Positions 33,871 through 46,676 of a stretch of DNA of 64,000 nt are shown one piece after another; positions within the stretch are counted from its first letter, which is position 1, and the number at the start of each line of letters is the position of its first letter. The DNA lies in NCBI RefSeq assembly GCF_964194025.1, contig NC_134469.1, forward strand, positions 43,462,001 to 43,526,000. Reading direction: 5' to 3'. The translations under genes and the position numbers were made by a program. The notes under the pieces were generated by a model, which was not told where the DNA came from, did not search any database, and worked only from the letters and a program-made list of their open reading frames with translations. Source of the stretch: Convolutriloba macropyga (Eukaryota).

Positions 33871-36390
33871 AATTGTTCCGACCCCTCTTGAGGGGGGAGG
33901 AACTATATACTCAAATGGGTTTTTTTTGTTCAGACAATTTTGGCCGATCGATACATTCATCGTAGAGAGTTGAGACTGGTATCATTAGAAAGCTCGTCCA
34001 GCGCAGAATACGGAATTTAAAAGATTTTTTGATTTTCATTTTTTACAGGGAGTTATCGAGGTTTTAATTTCTGAGAAAAATAGAGTGAGTACTGTTGTTT
34101 TTATTCATTATCCGTAATTTTTGACCAAATTTTTGTCAATTTTGCCAAAATATGTAAAAAAATGTAATAATACTTCCGATTTTATTTTTATAGACAAAAA
34201 ATGCAATGTTGACCATTTTGATTTAATTTTTGGCTAAAATTTCGGCTAAATATTTCAAAAAATCTGCCGTTTTCATCAAAAATTGCCCAAAATAAGCTTC
34301 CTTGGTCCACTTTGATCAACCTTGCCGGAAATACACACCCAAACACCATTAACATAATCTTGTAAACTACAAAGGGAGCAGTTCCTACTTCTACTTCCCT
34401 GGCGAGTAGTCTGGAATTCATTATTTACCGTTTTTTGCTAACTTAGTTCTATGATTATCAAAATCGCAGCGTTTATGATCTTTTAAGTAACAAATTATCT
34501 AGATATATAACATTCGAAACAATTGAGTGTTTTTACTGGACGAACAGCAACAGCAAGGTTAGTTTTTGATTCTATCTTGGACGGTTACAATCCAAAAATA
34601 ATTCTGATTTTAATCAGTCGGTCTTTTATTTAAAAAATTTGATCTTATTTAAAAAATTCGATGTTAATTAAAGAAAGAACAAATCAAAGCTCACTGTTGA
34701 CAGGTTCATTGGGGCAGCAGTTGCTCAGCAGTTGCAACTTAGTTTATCTAGTTTCTTTTCTCGAAAGATTATGGTCATTTTGACTTTTATAAATGTTTGA
34801 TATTTAAATAAACAATGGCTTATTGAATTTTGCAACTGTTTTTCTCTTAATTTGGTCAATGTTTAGCTTAATGTTAGCAATAAAGAATGCTTCTTCTTAA
34901 TCTTTTTTTCTACTGATTTAAAATTTAATCTTCTTGCGGTTTTGTGCGTTAAGTTATGCTTTTTATGGCTTTGATAATACCAGATTTCACAATTTCTATT
35001 TTTAGGCCTTAGCCTATTTTTCAGGGTTTTTTCTCCTTTTGTCACATTATCACATTTTTGGCAGTTCACAAATTACATTATTGGCGTTCACTATAGGGCA
35101 CAATTGGCCCTATAGGGCACAATTGGAATTTTTTTTCACATTTGTCATCAACTGTCGTTTTTATTTTGTCTTTTTAGTCGTATGAAATTTTCTGGATAAT
35201 GGCAGTCTCATTGGTTTTTAGGATTAAATGAGCCTATATTTTGGTTTGAGTAGATAGCTGATGGCATTCATGACTTCGAAAAAAATTTTCATAAATAAGT
35301 AAAAACACTTTTAACGTCTCATTTTTCTTTTTTGTCAATTTTTTTTACCAAGTCTCGTTAAATACATGTCACATTTGACGCTATTTTGGTCAAGGGAAGG
35401 TGCAAATGTAAAGTCTAATTTCCTTAATGAATTCGTTATGACTTTACTTGCTTCGACTCAGGTTTTTCGCAAAAAACTTGATTTTTGAACATATTTGACG
35501 TTGTTTTGTAGAAGTAAAACATATTATGATTGCTTACAAGTCAAAAGCGCTTCCTCTGCACAATTAAACGAACCTGTTTAATTATTCGGTTTTGCAGCTA
35601 ATGGTTTTCATGACATAGAAAATAATTGTCTTCGAAAAATACAAAAGTTGGACTTAATTTTGCCCTTCTTTTTTTGTCTACTTGTTACCTATTCTCATTA
35701 ATGAGAGGTCGTATATCACATTATTGGCGTTCAATTGAACAACCTTTTATGGGCAAATATGGCTTTACGGCTTCGACAGCGTCTTCTCGCAAGTTATGAT
35801 TGAAATTTGTTTGTTTTCTATATTTGTTCTTTTTGTAACCGCATAAAAAATTGAATAATGACGGGTCTTAATGCGCTCCTTTGGAGGCGTCTGTGATTTG
35901 GGTAACTTCAGTTGATATCCAGTCGTTTTCATTGCTTTGAAATTAATTGTTTTTTAAAAAATACGCGATTTTTTTAACTCTGCTGTTTTTTTTGTCTAAA
36001 TGTTACCGAGCCTAATAATGGACTTGTCCATTGCTTTTCTTGTAAAGTACAAATTATTTTGTTTAGTTTCAATTTTATCTGACATTCTTTTGACTTTGCT
36101 AATAAATGGTTTTTTAATGGACATAGTTTGTTGTTATTTTTGTTTGATTTTACTGTTCGCCTTGGTTTGCTTTCTTAGTTATGGCTGATCCCATCAATCT
36201 AATGCGGCATTTTTTACTCCAGTGAGTTATTTGCGTTGCAGGCAATCTTGTTGTACATACACATTTTTTTAAAATATGAATTTCCGGGGGTTTTCTATCT
36301 GTCCCTCATTTGGTATACATTTATGCCAAAAATGCGGATGAGCGGGGTCGGAACTTTATGTCCGAACGGACATTACCGATCCTCCTTGTT
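33871..36390 (+). mobile_element. HINE-like element, family B, copy 1 (~2.5 kb)
   Basis: 5' GTTCCGACCCC with CCCCTC-TT-GAGGGG hairpin; 3' GGGGTCGGAAC with ATGTCC-GAAC-GGACAT hairpin; homologous along its length to 55165-57507 and 57599-60174. Confidence 0.72.
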
Positions 36391-37317
36391 GCTGATAGTT
36401 ACTTTCTTAAATATTCAGTTTTTATCGTTGCTTTAGACTTATTTTTTTCAGCAGTTGACCAGTTAGCTTTTTCATTTTGATATGCTTCCCTTCATCGATT
36501 GAATTATGTATTTTACATTCCGTCTTCTTCTGACGAATAAAAATAGTTACACCCTTTTCGTGAGCTGCGTTCGTTATGTTGCGATGAGTTTGTCGGAATG
36601 ATTTGTCGTTTGTCATAGCAAAATTTGCGCGAAAATTGAAAAAAATTCTCTTCTAGTTTTCATTTTTTAAATTTGAAAATTTTACAAACCAAACAAGGTA
36701 CTTATTTTACAACGGAAAACACAAAATGGGAGAGCTATTGCTTCCACTTTTCGATTGAGCATTGATAATCGACTCTTCGAGCCTCATATTCTTAAGTACA
36801 TATTTACGCTTTCTGCACTTTAAATTTACATTTATAAGCTGTGAAATTGGTATTATCTTTTAAATCCACGTTCTTGTCAGAACAAAACCAGATTTAGTAG
36901 CTCTGCATCAGAATAAAACAGCAATACAGACTGAGCAAAAAGGTAGCAGAAAAAGCAAAATTTTCCAAAGGATTTCCTCTATTTTTCATGTTCGGCCCAA
37001 CCTCTGTACCAAGTATATAAAATTTACTGATCAGGTTTTATCTTACTGCCCTCTAATCGGAGATCGAACGTTTGAGATTCAATTGGAAATACTGTGCTAG
37101 TAGTTGTTTGTAGTTTTGTTGTACTGTGTTTGTAGTAGTTGTTTGTAGTACTGTGTTTGTAGTTGAAATTGAATTTTGTTTTCCAAGGCAACGATAGCAT
37201 TTTCTTGTGACAAAGCTGCATAATTCCGTTGGGCGAGTAGCAGAGTTGCATCATGCAAATTTAGTCTGAAATACATAATTTAGTATGAAGTAATGCCTCT
37301 TGTTTTTTTTGCTTTAG

Positions 37318-37379
37318 GAGACAGTTATCGCAAGCTTCCAAGATAGTCATCCTAGTTTTAAGGGCTCTGGTTACATAAG
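37318..37379 (+). CDS. MFSD11: MFSD11 exon 2 (ETVIASFQDSHPSFKGSGYI-S)
   Basis: TTTAG acceptor and GTTTGT donor; matches QTVI...F.GSGY.S; phases 0/2. Confidence 0.88.
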
Positions 37380-37454
37380 GTTTGTAGTATTTCCTGAAAA
37401 ATGAAATCTACTACTTGTATTGAAACCTCTTATTTGATGCATTTTGTATTGTAG

Positions 37455-37562
37455 TTTGTCGCTGATCTACATTACCTTTGCTCTGTTCAACTGGTGTGCT
37501 CCTTCGGTTGTGGCACTAGCAGGACCTAAGTGGAGTCTATTTTCTTCAAGCTTGTTCTACAC
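37455..37562 (+). CDS. MFSD11: MFSD11 exon 3 (LSLIYITFALFNWCAPSVVALAGPKWSLFSSSLFY)
   Basis: TGTAG acceptor and GTAAGT donor; UNC93-family PSVVA..GP motif; phases 2/2. Confidence 0.92.
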
Positions 37563-37629
37563 GTAAGTCATCCGCAACATTTCTTATCCGAGAAGAATCT
37601 TATCTGAGTGACTATCTTTTTTATTTCAG

Positions 37630-37709
37630 ACTGTTCATCGCTGTGTTCCTCTATCTGTTCACATGGAGTTTCTACACAGTCAGTGTCCTTGTTGGACTAG
37701 GAGCCGCTA
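37630..37709 (+). CDS. MFSD11: MFSD11 exon 4 (LFIAVFLYLFTWSFYTVSVLVGLGAA)
   Basis: TTTCAG acceptor and GTACGT donor; matches IAVF...WSFYT.SV..G..AA; phases 2/1. Confidence 0.92.
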
Positions 37710-38639
37710 GTACGTGTTTTGACCTTGATTTTGTGCCGTAAAAACTGCTCATCTTTTGATCAAATTTTGAAAATTTGCAGATGATATTATGACATTAGCC
37801 AGACGTGTTTTGTTAGAAACTGTAGCTGGGCGGTAATAACCGGATGCTGATAAATAAATTAATTTCAATCGATGTTGGGAGAAAATTAATTTAAGAACGG
37901 CCAAATTACTGAGTTAAACCACTTTAGTGATCATTATCATTTAACTTTTCAGCTCTAAAGCGAAGTGGGGTTATATTTAACTACAAGAGTTTCTACTGGA
38001 ATCTGAAGACCTGACGACTTGAATTCTTTTTAAAGTAAAAATAGCAGGTTTTTGCTTTTTCTGTCGTGCAATTGGAAAGTAACACAAGCATTGCAGCTGG
38101 TTTTTGTGTTATTTTTGCCTCACTTTTATGCATTTTTCTCAAAGTATTTTGTTTCCAAGAAATTTGCATTCCTGTCAATTTTCTGTCACCAAGACAGGAT
38201 AGAAAAATTTCTTTTTGAGGATAAATTTACTTTGATTTTACAAACTCAATAATTGACAATCCGGCTTAAGTTCGCTGAAAGTGTCATAGAAATGTATGAA
38301 TTACGTTAGTAATATTTTGATCGAATTTTATTGGATTTCCAACAGTATTTGGTTTTAATCGTGTCGAGACAGGTAATTGCTTTGAATTAATGAAGTTAAT
38401 CGTCTAACTCTTAATATCGGAGATAACCGAACGGAGCTATTCTTGACCTTCTCTTGGTTTTGTACGGCTCGAAAAGAAGAACTTCTGTTGATTTTCTGTT
38501 TTTTTTTAAATCGGTGAAGCGTCACTTAGTTTTTATTCGCATGCGGCATCTTCAAAGATATTTTTAGTTTTAAAATAACTCAAATTTTGTCAACCCAAAT
38601 GGTAGTTTGAACTTGTATTAACCATTAATTATACTTTTT

Positions 38640-39250
38640 TTAGTGTTGTTGATTGTTTTGAAGGTATATTAGATATAAGAATTGACCGTTTCAGAGGCAC
38701 TGATGTTTTTAGCGGTTTTTCGTGTTCTTTTTCAAATGTTAGTCTACGGGGGCTTTTTTGGTTTGCAATTTGTGTTTAATAGCAGCCATCATTATTTAGG
38801 CGTTCTCCTTTTTTTCAATTTGCCTAATCTTTTGATCATGTTTTTTGTTTTACATAGATCACGATTTTCACTTTTGATTCGTGACTTGCTTCACGCACTG
38901 TTTCAACTGAATGGATTTTAAAGTTTTTCGCATTGTGGTGAAAACGCTCAATGCCAAAAGAGCAAAATCAAAGGAAACGGGATAAAGCCCCGTCATTGAG
39001 TCCTAGTGCATTAGGTTATCAAAGTATAAGAGCCATTGCTAGCTCAGTTTAGTATTAAGCCTAATAGTTTTCACTTTAAATGCTGAATTAAGTATAATTT
39101 CAGAATCTAACTGAAACTGCACACCAAATTAGAACATTTTTTGATACTTGAAAAAAGTCTGTCGATCTTTCTCTGTCTCTTTTTTCTTTTCTGTTTGAAT
39201 GAGGATGTGCGTCAACGGCGGCTATCTTCCGACAACTTGCGGGCTTTGTT
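38640..39250 (+). repeat. Dispersed repeat with a second copy at ~43620-44130, ending in a subTIR/hairpin-like terminus
   Basis: Shared CAATGYCAAAAGAGCAAAATC...AGAATCTAAYTGAAACTGCACA...GCGTCAACGRCGGCT. Confidence 0.75.
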
Positions 39251-39251
39251 T

Positions 39252-40657
39252 AATTGCTCTCAAACGAAGTTTGTAGCAATTATATTAGTCCTGTCGGTCT
39301 TATGCGATTTTTCGCTTGATCGACTTTTCGTCTGACGCTGTTGACTTTTCGTCCTCAGAAACGGGATAAAAAGGTAGCGCCTAGCGGGCATTAAATGGTA
39401 GAGCTTTTCAGCTCTGCTTCAGTTCAAACTGTTTTGGAGACTTAAACTTAAGGTGTGAAGGGAGGTTCTTAGAGGCTGTTGCACCGACCTCCTTTTTGCC
39501 CCATCCTCCGATTGGTCCCACAGTGCGTCCCCCTCTCCCCGTGCCCAGCTACCAACGAACAACCGCTCGCTAAATATACGCAAATTTTTACTAATTTTCA
39601 TAATTTGGAATTTTTTGTCATTTTTTGAATTTTATTAGCCCTACGTGTCAAGGAACCGCCTCTAGACTGTGATGAAAGGTTACTGCGTAGTTCTTCGCGT
39701 TAGTGGAATAGTCTCAACCTTGTAACATTTTCCACCGAATTTTTTGCATTTTTTGACAAAACGTGCAGTTTTCATTTTTGACATTTATTTTTCATTATTC
39801 ACGTCTTTCCAGACGCAGGGGCCAGAAAACCCCCTTATGGGTTTGATAATAAGTTGCTGAAAAATTTTCATCTGCAATAGGATAGTTTTCAACTTTTTAA
39901 TATCAAAAATTTTAGCACATTTTTGATGAAACTTTTTTTTCAGATAATACGTTACTGCATAGTTTCTAGATGCAATGGAATGTTTTTCAATATTTTCATT
40001 TCATGAATTTAAGCAATTCTTCCTAAGTTTATTAGTTTTTTTTGGATCTTTTGAATTTTATGGCACCAGAGTCCAAGGACCCCCTCCAATGTTTGACTGT
40101 AAGCTGTTGCATTTTTTGTAGAGTTAACGAAATGGTTCTAAATGTTTTTAATGAATCCAACTTTTGCAATTTTTTGATAAAATTAGTTTTTGGAATTTTT
40201 GGAAACGTTTTTATCATGTTCCATGTTTATGGATCTTTGAGCCAGTGAAACTATTTAAAGCTTGAATTTGGGATACTGGATAGTCCCTTGAGACAAGGAG
40301 AAGGTTTTGAAGGTTTTAATATCTTGAAATTTTGCAAGATTTTGTTAAAGTTTGAAATTGTTTTTAAATTTTTGATTTTTTTTGTCTTTTTCTGAGTTTA
40401 ACGATCATTACTGGTCAATGAAATTTTTCAAGTCTGCAGATGGACTACTTGACAGAACTGCAGCGACAAAAAATGGTTTTCAGCTTCACTGCAAAATCTG
40501 GAAACTTTTTTTTCTGTTGTGCAATATTTTGAAAATTTTTAAAATATCAGTTTTTTATTCTTTGATTTATTTACTAACAAGGATTTATTTACTTACGAAA
40601 AGAAAACTAAAAGTCGCCGGTCGTTTGAGGGCGATTCGCCCGACGTTAGTGGGTTAT
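39252..40657 (+). mobile_element. HINE-like element, family A (long copy)
   Basis: AATTGCTCTCAAACGA ... TCGTTTGAGGGCGATT followed by a CCCGACGTTAGTGGG end. Confidence 0.6.
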
Positions 40658-42371
40658 CTTTAGTGGTTTGGGTTCTCTTGTATCGATCGGTATCAATAAT
40701 CAGTTGTCTATGTCATAGAGGATTCCATAAATTAAGTGAATAAATTAAGTCTCGGTCTGCTGTCCATATTTTCTAACGGTTTCTCTAGTTTGTGCATTTT
40801 TGGATATTTTTTAATTGCTTAATTGAAAGTTTTCTATGAGCACTGAGAGGAAGCCATCGAAGGGTTACCTGTTTATTATTTTTGTTTTAATGGGCCATAT
40901 TTTGTGTGGGTGATGATCAGACCATTGAATATACATAGTGTTTAAAGGACTTTGGAGCACATTGGTTGGAAATTCGCACAACTTCAGAAAATTTTTTAGA
41001 ACCGAATAAAGAGATTTTGAATTTTTGACTTTGTTTTTTTTTGGCATTTTCTGTCTTATCGTTCCTATTAATTTCTCTATCATATTGTTAGTCATTAGGA
41101 CACAGTATAATGCAAATAATCTTGATTTTCAATTTTTTATTTCAAATGATTTTTGATTTTAATCAGAATTTTGATCAGATCAATCTTTCTCATCTTTGCA
41201 ATTTTTTTTGAAAACTTTGACTAGGAAAGTAATTTAGTTGCGAAAAAAGTGCCTGCATTTGAAATCAAATAGCTGCTTCGTGTTGATTCTGAAATCTGAT
41301 CTATGTTTTTTTTTGTTTGGCCAAGATTTTTATTATCATATGATATCACGCTCACTTCAAATCATAATTTTTTCATTCATTAATGCAATCTGTCGTCCAA
41401 ATTGATAACTGACGTCATTTTTTAAACCTAATTGAGCGATTGTTTTTGTTAAGCGGCGTGAATCATTTTTGCTCACACGTGATGTACCTTGCTCTCAAAA
41501 CGACTTTTCATCTCTCAAATTAATTTTTGCTCACTTTAATTAGAAGTCGAGCATATCTGAATCTAATTGGATATTATTTGAGGACAGTTTTGGACTAAGC
41601 AAGTCTATATCAATTGAAGATTCAGAGACGAATTTTGTGGGTCCCATTATTTCATTAATGTTTTGTGGCTAAAAAGCTGCTAAGCTATCCCATCTATTTT
41701 CCAATAATATGCAAAATAGCTGCCGTCAACGGCTATTATTCATGCGTTCTTCTTTTACAATCCAAGAATTGGACTGCCTTGGTGTTCCGTCTTTTTAAAA
41801 GATGATTTCACGCCTTTTCTCATGACTTAGAGCCTTCAAACGGGATAAACAGTTAAAATTTTGCGGGCATCAATCTTAATTAGAAGGCCGTAGCCGCATT
41901 TAGTAGTCTTTCAGGTGCTTAGTTTAGTGAAGCTTCTGGGAAGGCCGTAATTCAAGGTTACAGGGTCGTTTTAGGAGTTTTTTTTAGCCCAAAGTGCCGC
42001 AATTTATTCGCCTTTTTTCGAATTTTTTGTTGAACCAGTCTAAGATTGAGGTTTGTAAATATTGATAAAGGTCTTTTGTATGATATAAGTAATTTTTGTG
42101 AGCATTTTCTGAGCTATATGTTTTTTTACTTCAACATAGCACACAAATTTAAACTAATTTTTACAATTTTTAAGTTTTAAAAGTTTTTTTTTTACTTTTT
42201 TTGACGTTTTCTAGCTGTACGTGCCATGGAAATTTAGCAGTTTTCTGATAAAACTTGTATAGTTCTAGTGGTTATCGAATGGTTTTCAATTTTCTGATAA
42301 AACTTGTATAGTTCTAGTGGTAATCGAATGGTTTTCAACATTTAAATGTCACGATTTTTAGCAATTTTTTT

Positions 42372-42885
42372 ATAGCTGCGAAGCTGTGAGCTGAGCGGAG
42401 CTATATTGCGGTGCTCTTGGTTTTTTTTGTTTCGTCGTCTGACGCTCTTTTTCGTTTTACATTTGTTCGCACAGCAAAGATGAAAAAGTCAACTTTTCTG
42501 AATGACTTCTTCCTCTCACTAACGGCGTTTGCGCCCGTGACGTCATTTCTCTTTCTCTTTAGCAAAAGTTTTTTTTGCGTGATTAGATTATGATTACAAG
42601 TGACTTACCTCACTCAATAAAATGACTTTTGCACTTTAAAACTTAAGTTTAATTTGAATTTGTTAAAGGTCAAAGGAACTCATAAGTGCAGTAAAGGTCC
42701 CTAATAAGAGGCTTCTGAGGGATAAATTTTAACAAGCTTAATTAATTTATTGCTGCGTGTTTTTTACCTAGCTTTTTGAGCGGCGTCGATTTTTTCAATT
42801 TAGATCTGTATTTGTTTCTATCTCTACTATACGGCACGCAGGTCTATTCTTTCGCGGCTATTCCGGCAATCTGCCGGCTATGTTT
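42372..42885 (+). mobile_element. HINE-like element, family C, copy 1
   Basis: ATAGCTGCGAA ... TTCGCGGCTAT followed by hairpin CCGGCA-ATC-TGCCGG; paralog at 45290-46370. Confidence 0.68.
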
Positions 42886-44507
42886 TAAAAAGCTTGAAAT
42901 TTCAAGATTTTCTAAATTTGTTGTCATTTTTTTGAGTGTTTCTAGCCTCAGTGACCTACTATAAGGTCTGATAATAATTTTCTTCACTGTCTTAAATTGC
43001 AATAATTTTTTGTTTTAGTATCAGGACTTTGTTTTTAAAATTTGATAATTTTTTGAAAATGTATATCTTTTATTCACTTTTTGTCTGTGCTGAGGTAGCC
43101 TTCTCTAGGGTTTTATAGTTTGTTTTTGCATAGTTTCTGGGGACAATGGAATGATTTTCAACTTTTTATTATCACAAATTTGCAATTTTTTCTAAGTTTA
43201 AAAATTTAAAAATTTTGAAAACTTTTGCCATTTTTCTAGGCTTGAAATTGGGTTTGTGGAGAATGAAATGGTTCTGAAGAAAATAATATCTAAAATTTAG
43301 CAGCATTTCATTAAATTTTGCAATTGTTTTCAAATTTTTTGATATTTTAGTCATTTTCCAAGTTTGTCAATCGTTACAGGCCAACGGCCAATGAAATTTT
43401 GGATTGTTTACTGAACGTGCACATAGGTTGCTGGAAAGATTTCAGAGAACAAAATTGGTTTTGAATTTTTTCCAATTTACTGCGAATTTTCCTTTTTCAA
43501 TTTTTTGAAGTATTTGGAATGTTTCTCGGTTTTTGCTCTTTTTGGCCGATAAACCTCTTCCAATGATTGTGCTTGAGTGAATGAGTATGTTTAATTGGTC
43601 CAAACTTGGCCTCCAGGGTTAAAGCTTCAAGACTTTTTGCAAAGTTTATATTTTTGCTCGGTTTGTTTTATGGTTTTCTTTTTGGCTGGCAGTTATCAAC
43701 TGATCTTCTGGTCAGGTACAGTAGTTCTAAGTTTTTTTTATTCGTTTCTTTGTATTGTGTTTCAGGACTTGTTCTGTTATGTTTTCTCAACTGTATGGAT
43801 TTTAAATTCCTTCACGCTTTGAATTACGCAATGTAGTGAACAGGTTCAATGTCAAAAGAGCAAAATCGTAAAGCCCGGTCTTTAAGTCATAGTGCTTTAG
43901 GTTATCAAAGTTAATTAAAGTGATTGCTAGCTGGAACTAGTATCACTTAAAAGCCTTCAGTTTATAAGCTGAAATGAGAATAATTTTAGAATCTAATTGA
44001 AACTGCACATCAAATTAGAACACTTTGAAACTTAGAAAAAGTTCTGTCAATTTCATTCTTTTTTTCTTTTTCCGTTTCGATCCCAATGCGCGTCAACGAC
44101 GGCTCTTTTCCGGCAATGTTCCGGCTTTGTTTAATTTGTGCGTTTGTTATACATTCGTCTTCAATTAGCTGTTGGAATTTTAGCAATGATTCGAGCACAT
44201 TTTTGAATTTTTTGCCAATGTAATAATGATTTTTGAATTTGAGCACAATGCGAATTTTCTTGAGAATATAAATTTGCTATAATTAGTTCTCAGTGATGCA
44301 ACAGGCAAATTGGTTGATCGATTAAGACCCCAAAAAACCAGCTCTAATGCTGGAAAGATTTTGGACCCCGGTTTCTCAATTTCCTTGGTTTTATCCAGTG
44401 GTGTTGCTCTAAGCTCCTTGATGTTTTTTTTATTAAATTTGCAGGATGCCAGAAATTGATGGGGGTTCTAGTTTGATTGCAACTGAATCATTTTTTTTCT
44501 TGTGTAG

Positions 44508-44604
44508 TTCTGTGGACGTCGCAGGGAGCCTACCTGTCTATGAATAGTGATGCTGAGTCCATTTCTGTTGATAGCGCCATTTTCTGGGCCATGTTCCAAG
44601 GATC
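44508..44604 (+). CDS. MFSD11: MFSD11 exon 5 (ILWTSQGAYLSMNSDAESISVDSAIFWAMFQG-S)
   Basis: TGTGTAG acceptor and GTAAGT donor; UNC93 signature LWTAQG.YL..NS...S.IFWA; phases 1/2. No later exons found in the window. Confidence 0.92.
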
Positions 44605-45289
44605 GTAAGTATCCTTATTTGTCATTTCACGGAAATAACACCTAGGAGTTATAATTATTTTGAAGCCTGTAGATAGCAAGTGCTTTATCAGCTTGACTCT
44701 TTATTCCCGAGCAAGACTCTGTATTAATTGCTCTCAATCGAAGTTTGAAGTAATTATTGTATTGAAGCACTTACTGTGTTTACGAGTTGAAGAGGAATAA
44801 TGGAGACGTGTCCTATTAATAGCCGCCCTCGTCTTCTCATCAGACTATAATTGCGCTCCTAAATTTGCGACCTGAAGAGGAGTTAGGGTGATCTATACTT
44901 TTTAATAGGTGACTTTATATTAGAAGATGTGTTTGAGAGGAAGTCAAATGCCGCACGTGAAAAGTTTTTAGATCAATCTGCTGAACAAAAGTCAAAAGGA
45001 GAGAGAGAGAGAGAACTTGGAGTGGTTTTTGTTCAAACATTATTCTGAAAGAGAGATCGAGAAAAGTAGGCGTTTAAAAAGTTTCGCTAAGCCAGCGATT
45101 TTTTTAACTTTAAATTTCAAAGCAGTTTAACTTAACTTTATAGGATAGCGGTATTTGCAGCTCTTAACTAAAATAGTATTGTTGTGTTTACAGGCCTTTT
45201 TGATCTTATGATAAAGATATTAGACTTTTGGGCTAAATTTTGAGCTATTTTTGCCATTTCGCCCTGTTAGTAGTTTTTTAGCAGTTTTT

Positions 45290-46370
45290 ATAGCTGCGAA
45301 GCTGTAAGCTGAGCGTAGCTATATTGCGGTGCTCTTGGTTTTTTTACAATTCAAAGAATTTGAATTGTATTGGGGCGCTCGCTGTCTTTTTTTTAAGATC
45401 TGTTCAAACATTTTCATGAATTTTGAAGTCAAATTGGAGTAGTGATGTTGGTCACGCCGAAACAGGAAATGGAGCGAAAAAGCGAGTGGTTTTTGCGGCG
45501 TGAAATTTTTTGCTCTAATTTTAAAGTAGAGTGAGAAAATGGTGTTTGAACAAAATTCGCTTTCTTGCTAGTGGTTTTTGTTCAAATGCGGCAATTTCAC
45601 TTTGATTTTTACTGTTTTTTTCAATTTTTTTGGATCGGGTCTCTTTCTAAATGGTTTTCCCAATCCATTGATAGCTCATTCTAGGCCTAGTTTTTTTTGT
45701 GAACCAAATTTCCATTTCTCGCTAATGGTCTTTTGTTCACATGCGGCATTTTGACACCGATTTTTTTAAATTTTTTTATCTGATTTTTTTAGAAATGGTT
45801 TTCCCAATTCACTCATAGTCCGTTATAAGTTGTTTATTGTTTAGTCAATGAAAATTGTTTGAATTGTACGTCAGGACTTGTCCTGCTATGTTTTTTTGTT
45901 TCGTCGTCTGACGCTCTTTTTTCGTTTTGCATTTGTTCACACAGCAAAGCTGAAAAAGTCAGTTTCTGAATGACTTCTTCCTTTCACTAACGGCATTTGC
46001 TCGCGTGACGTCATTTCTCACTCGCTTTAGCGAAAGTTTTTAGGTTATTTGCGTGATTAGTTTTTGATCATACGTGACTTATCTCACTCAATAAAATGAC
46101 TTATTGACTTTTGCACTTTAAAACTTGAGTTTAATTTGAATTTGTTTAAGGTCAAAGGAACTCATATGTGCAGTAAGGTCCTAATAAGTGGCTTCTGTAG
46201 AATGAATTTTAACAAGCTTTATTAATTTATCGCTGAATGTTTTTCAGCCTAGTTTTTTAAGCGGCGTCGATTTTTTTTTCAATTTAGATCTGTATCTGTT
46301 TCTATCTCTATTATATGGCACGCGGGTCTATTCTTTCGGAGCTATTCCGGCAATCTGCCGGCAATGTTTT
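45290..46370 (+). mobile_element. HINE-like element, family C, copy 2 with ~550-bp extra internal segment
   Basis: Same termini and internal sequence as 42372-42885. Confidence 0.68.
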
Positions 46371-46676
46371 TTTGTAGTCGTATTCCATTTTTATTTTACC
46401 TGGAGAATGTTTTGGTTGAACTTAGTTATTAATAGCCGCCTCAGCTTCTCAGCCGGCTATTATGGAGCTCCTTTTTTTTTAAAATTCAATGACTTTGAAT
46501 TGCATTAGAGCGCTGTCTTTTTTTAAAGATCTGTTCATTCATTTTCATGATTTTTGAAGTCGAATTGGAGTTGTGATTTTGGTACACGCCGAAACAGAAA
46601 GTGGAGCGAAAAAAAGAGTGGTTTTGAGGTGTGAATGTTTTTCGCTCTAATTCTAAATTGAGAAAACGGCGTTTGA

